Below, piece after piece: positions 63,544 through 64,000 of a DNA stretch of 64,000 bases. The translations under genes and the position numbers were made by a program. The notes under the pieces were generated by a model, which did no database searches, was not told where the DNA came from, and was given only the letters and a program-made list of their open reading frames with translations. The stretch is taken from the NCBI RefSeq assembly GCF_964194025.1, contig NC_134476.1, forward strand, positions 48,174,001 through 48,238,000, read 5' to 3'. The number at the start of each line of letters is the position of its first letter. The stretch's first letter is position 1. Source of the stretch: Convolutriloba macropyga (taxonomy: Eukaryota).

Positions 63544-64000
63544 CCGTTTTTAAGAGTTTGGGCATCAATATTTCGTTGGCTAAATCGAAACATCAAATAC
63601 TGCCGTTTTCAACGTATTTGAATTCCCCTCAAGTTAAAATTTTGCGAGCATTTTGAAAATTGAAGCCGAAATAGATTAGCACGCGTCGTTTTCAGGACTT
63701 GCAATATATTTCAAATCCATCCCGTCGTGTCATCGTTCAATATATTTCAAATCCATCCCGTCGTGTCATCGTTCACAATTTCACGTAATTGTTCCGACCC
63801 CACTTGTGGGGGGAGGAACTATATACTCAAATGGGTTTTTTTTTCGTTCAGACAATTTTGGCCGATCGATATGATCATCGTAGAGAAATGTGAGTGGTAT
63901 CATTAAAAAGTTCGTCCAGCGTAGAATTCAAAACTGAAAAGATTTTTTTAATTTCGTTTTTTTTTCGAGAAGATATCGAGTATCGGAGTTTTGTGTGAAC

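Larger units (their letters stand above)
55659..64000. repeat. Recent direct duplication: 55659-58303 vs 61321-64000 (offset ~5662, runs off window)
   Basis: Near-identical sequence; identical 90-aa ORFs at 55724 and 61386. Confidence 0.95.

Overview
AT-rich eukaryotic (invertebrate metazoan) genomic DNA with three N gaps. The only clear host gene is a plus-strand ZEB/Zfh1/ZAG-1 zinc-finger homeobox gene. My reconstruction is 7 coding exons, 16252-27039, about 940 aa. It has a central C2HC finger, an intact WFQNxR homeodomain, a PLDLS CtBP motif and the C-terminal 3-finger cluster, but no recognisable N-terminal finger cluster. The rest is transposon-derived: CCC-ended TIR elements with palindromic subterminal repeats (EnSpm/CACTA-like), Helentron-type non-autonomous elements, small MITEs, decayed BEL/Pao, CR1/L2 and CRE fragments, and three decayed Penelope-like elements (PLEs) with hammerhead-ribozyme motifs. 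There are also three local segmental duplications and two orphan ORFs. The most striking observation is that two divergent PLE families both carry a PHD-finger-like Cys/His domain inserted inside the reverse transcriptase, between the GLAMG and YVDD motifs. All coordinates and translations beyond the ORF track were read by eye.
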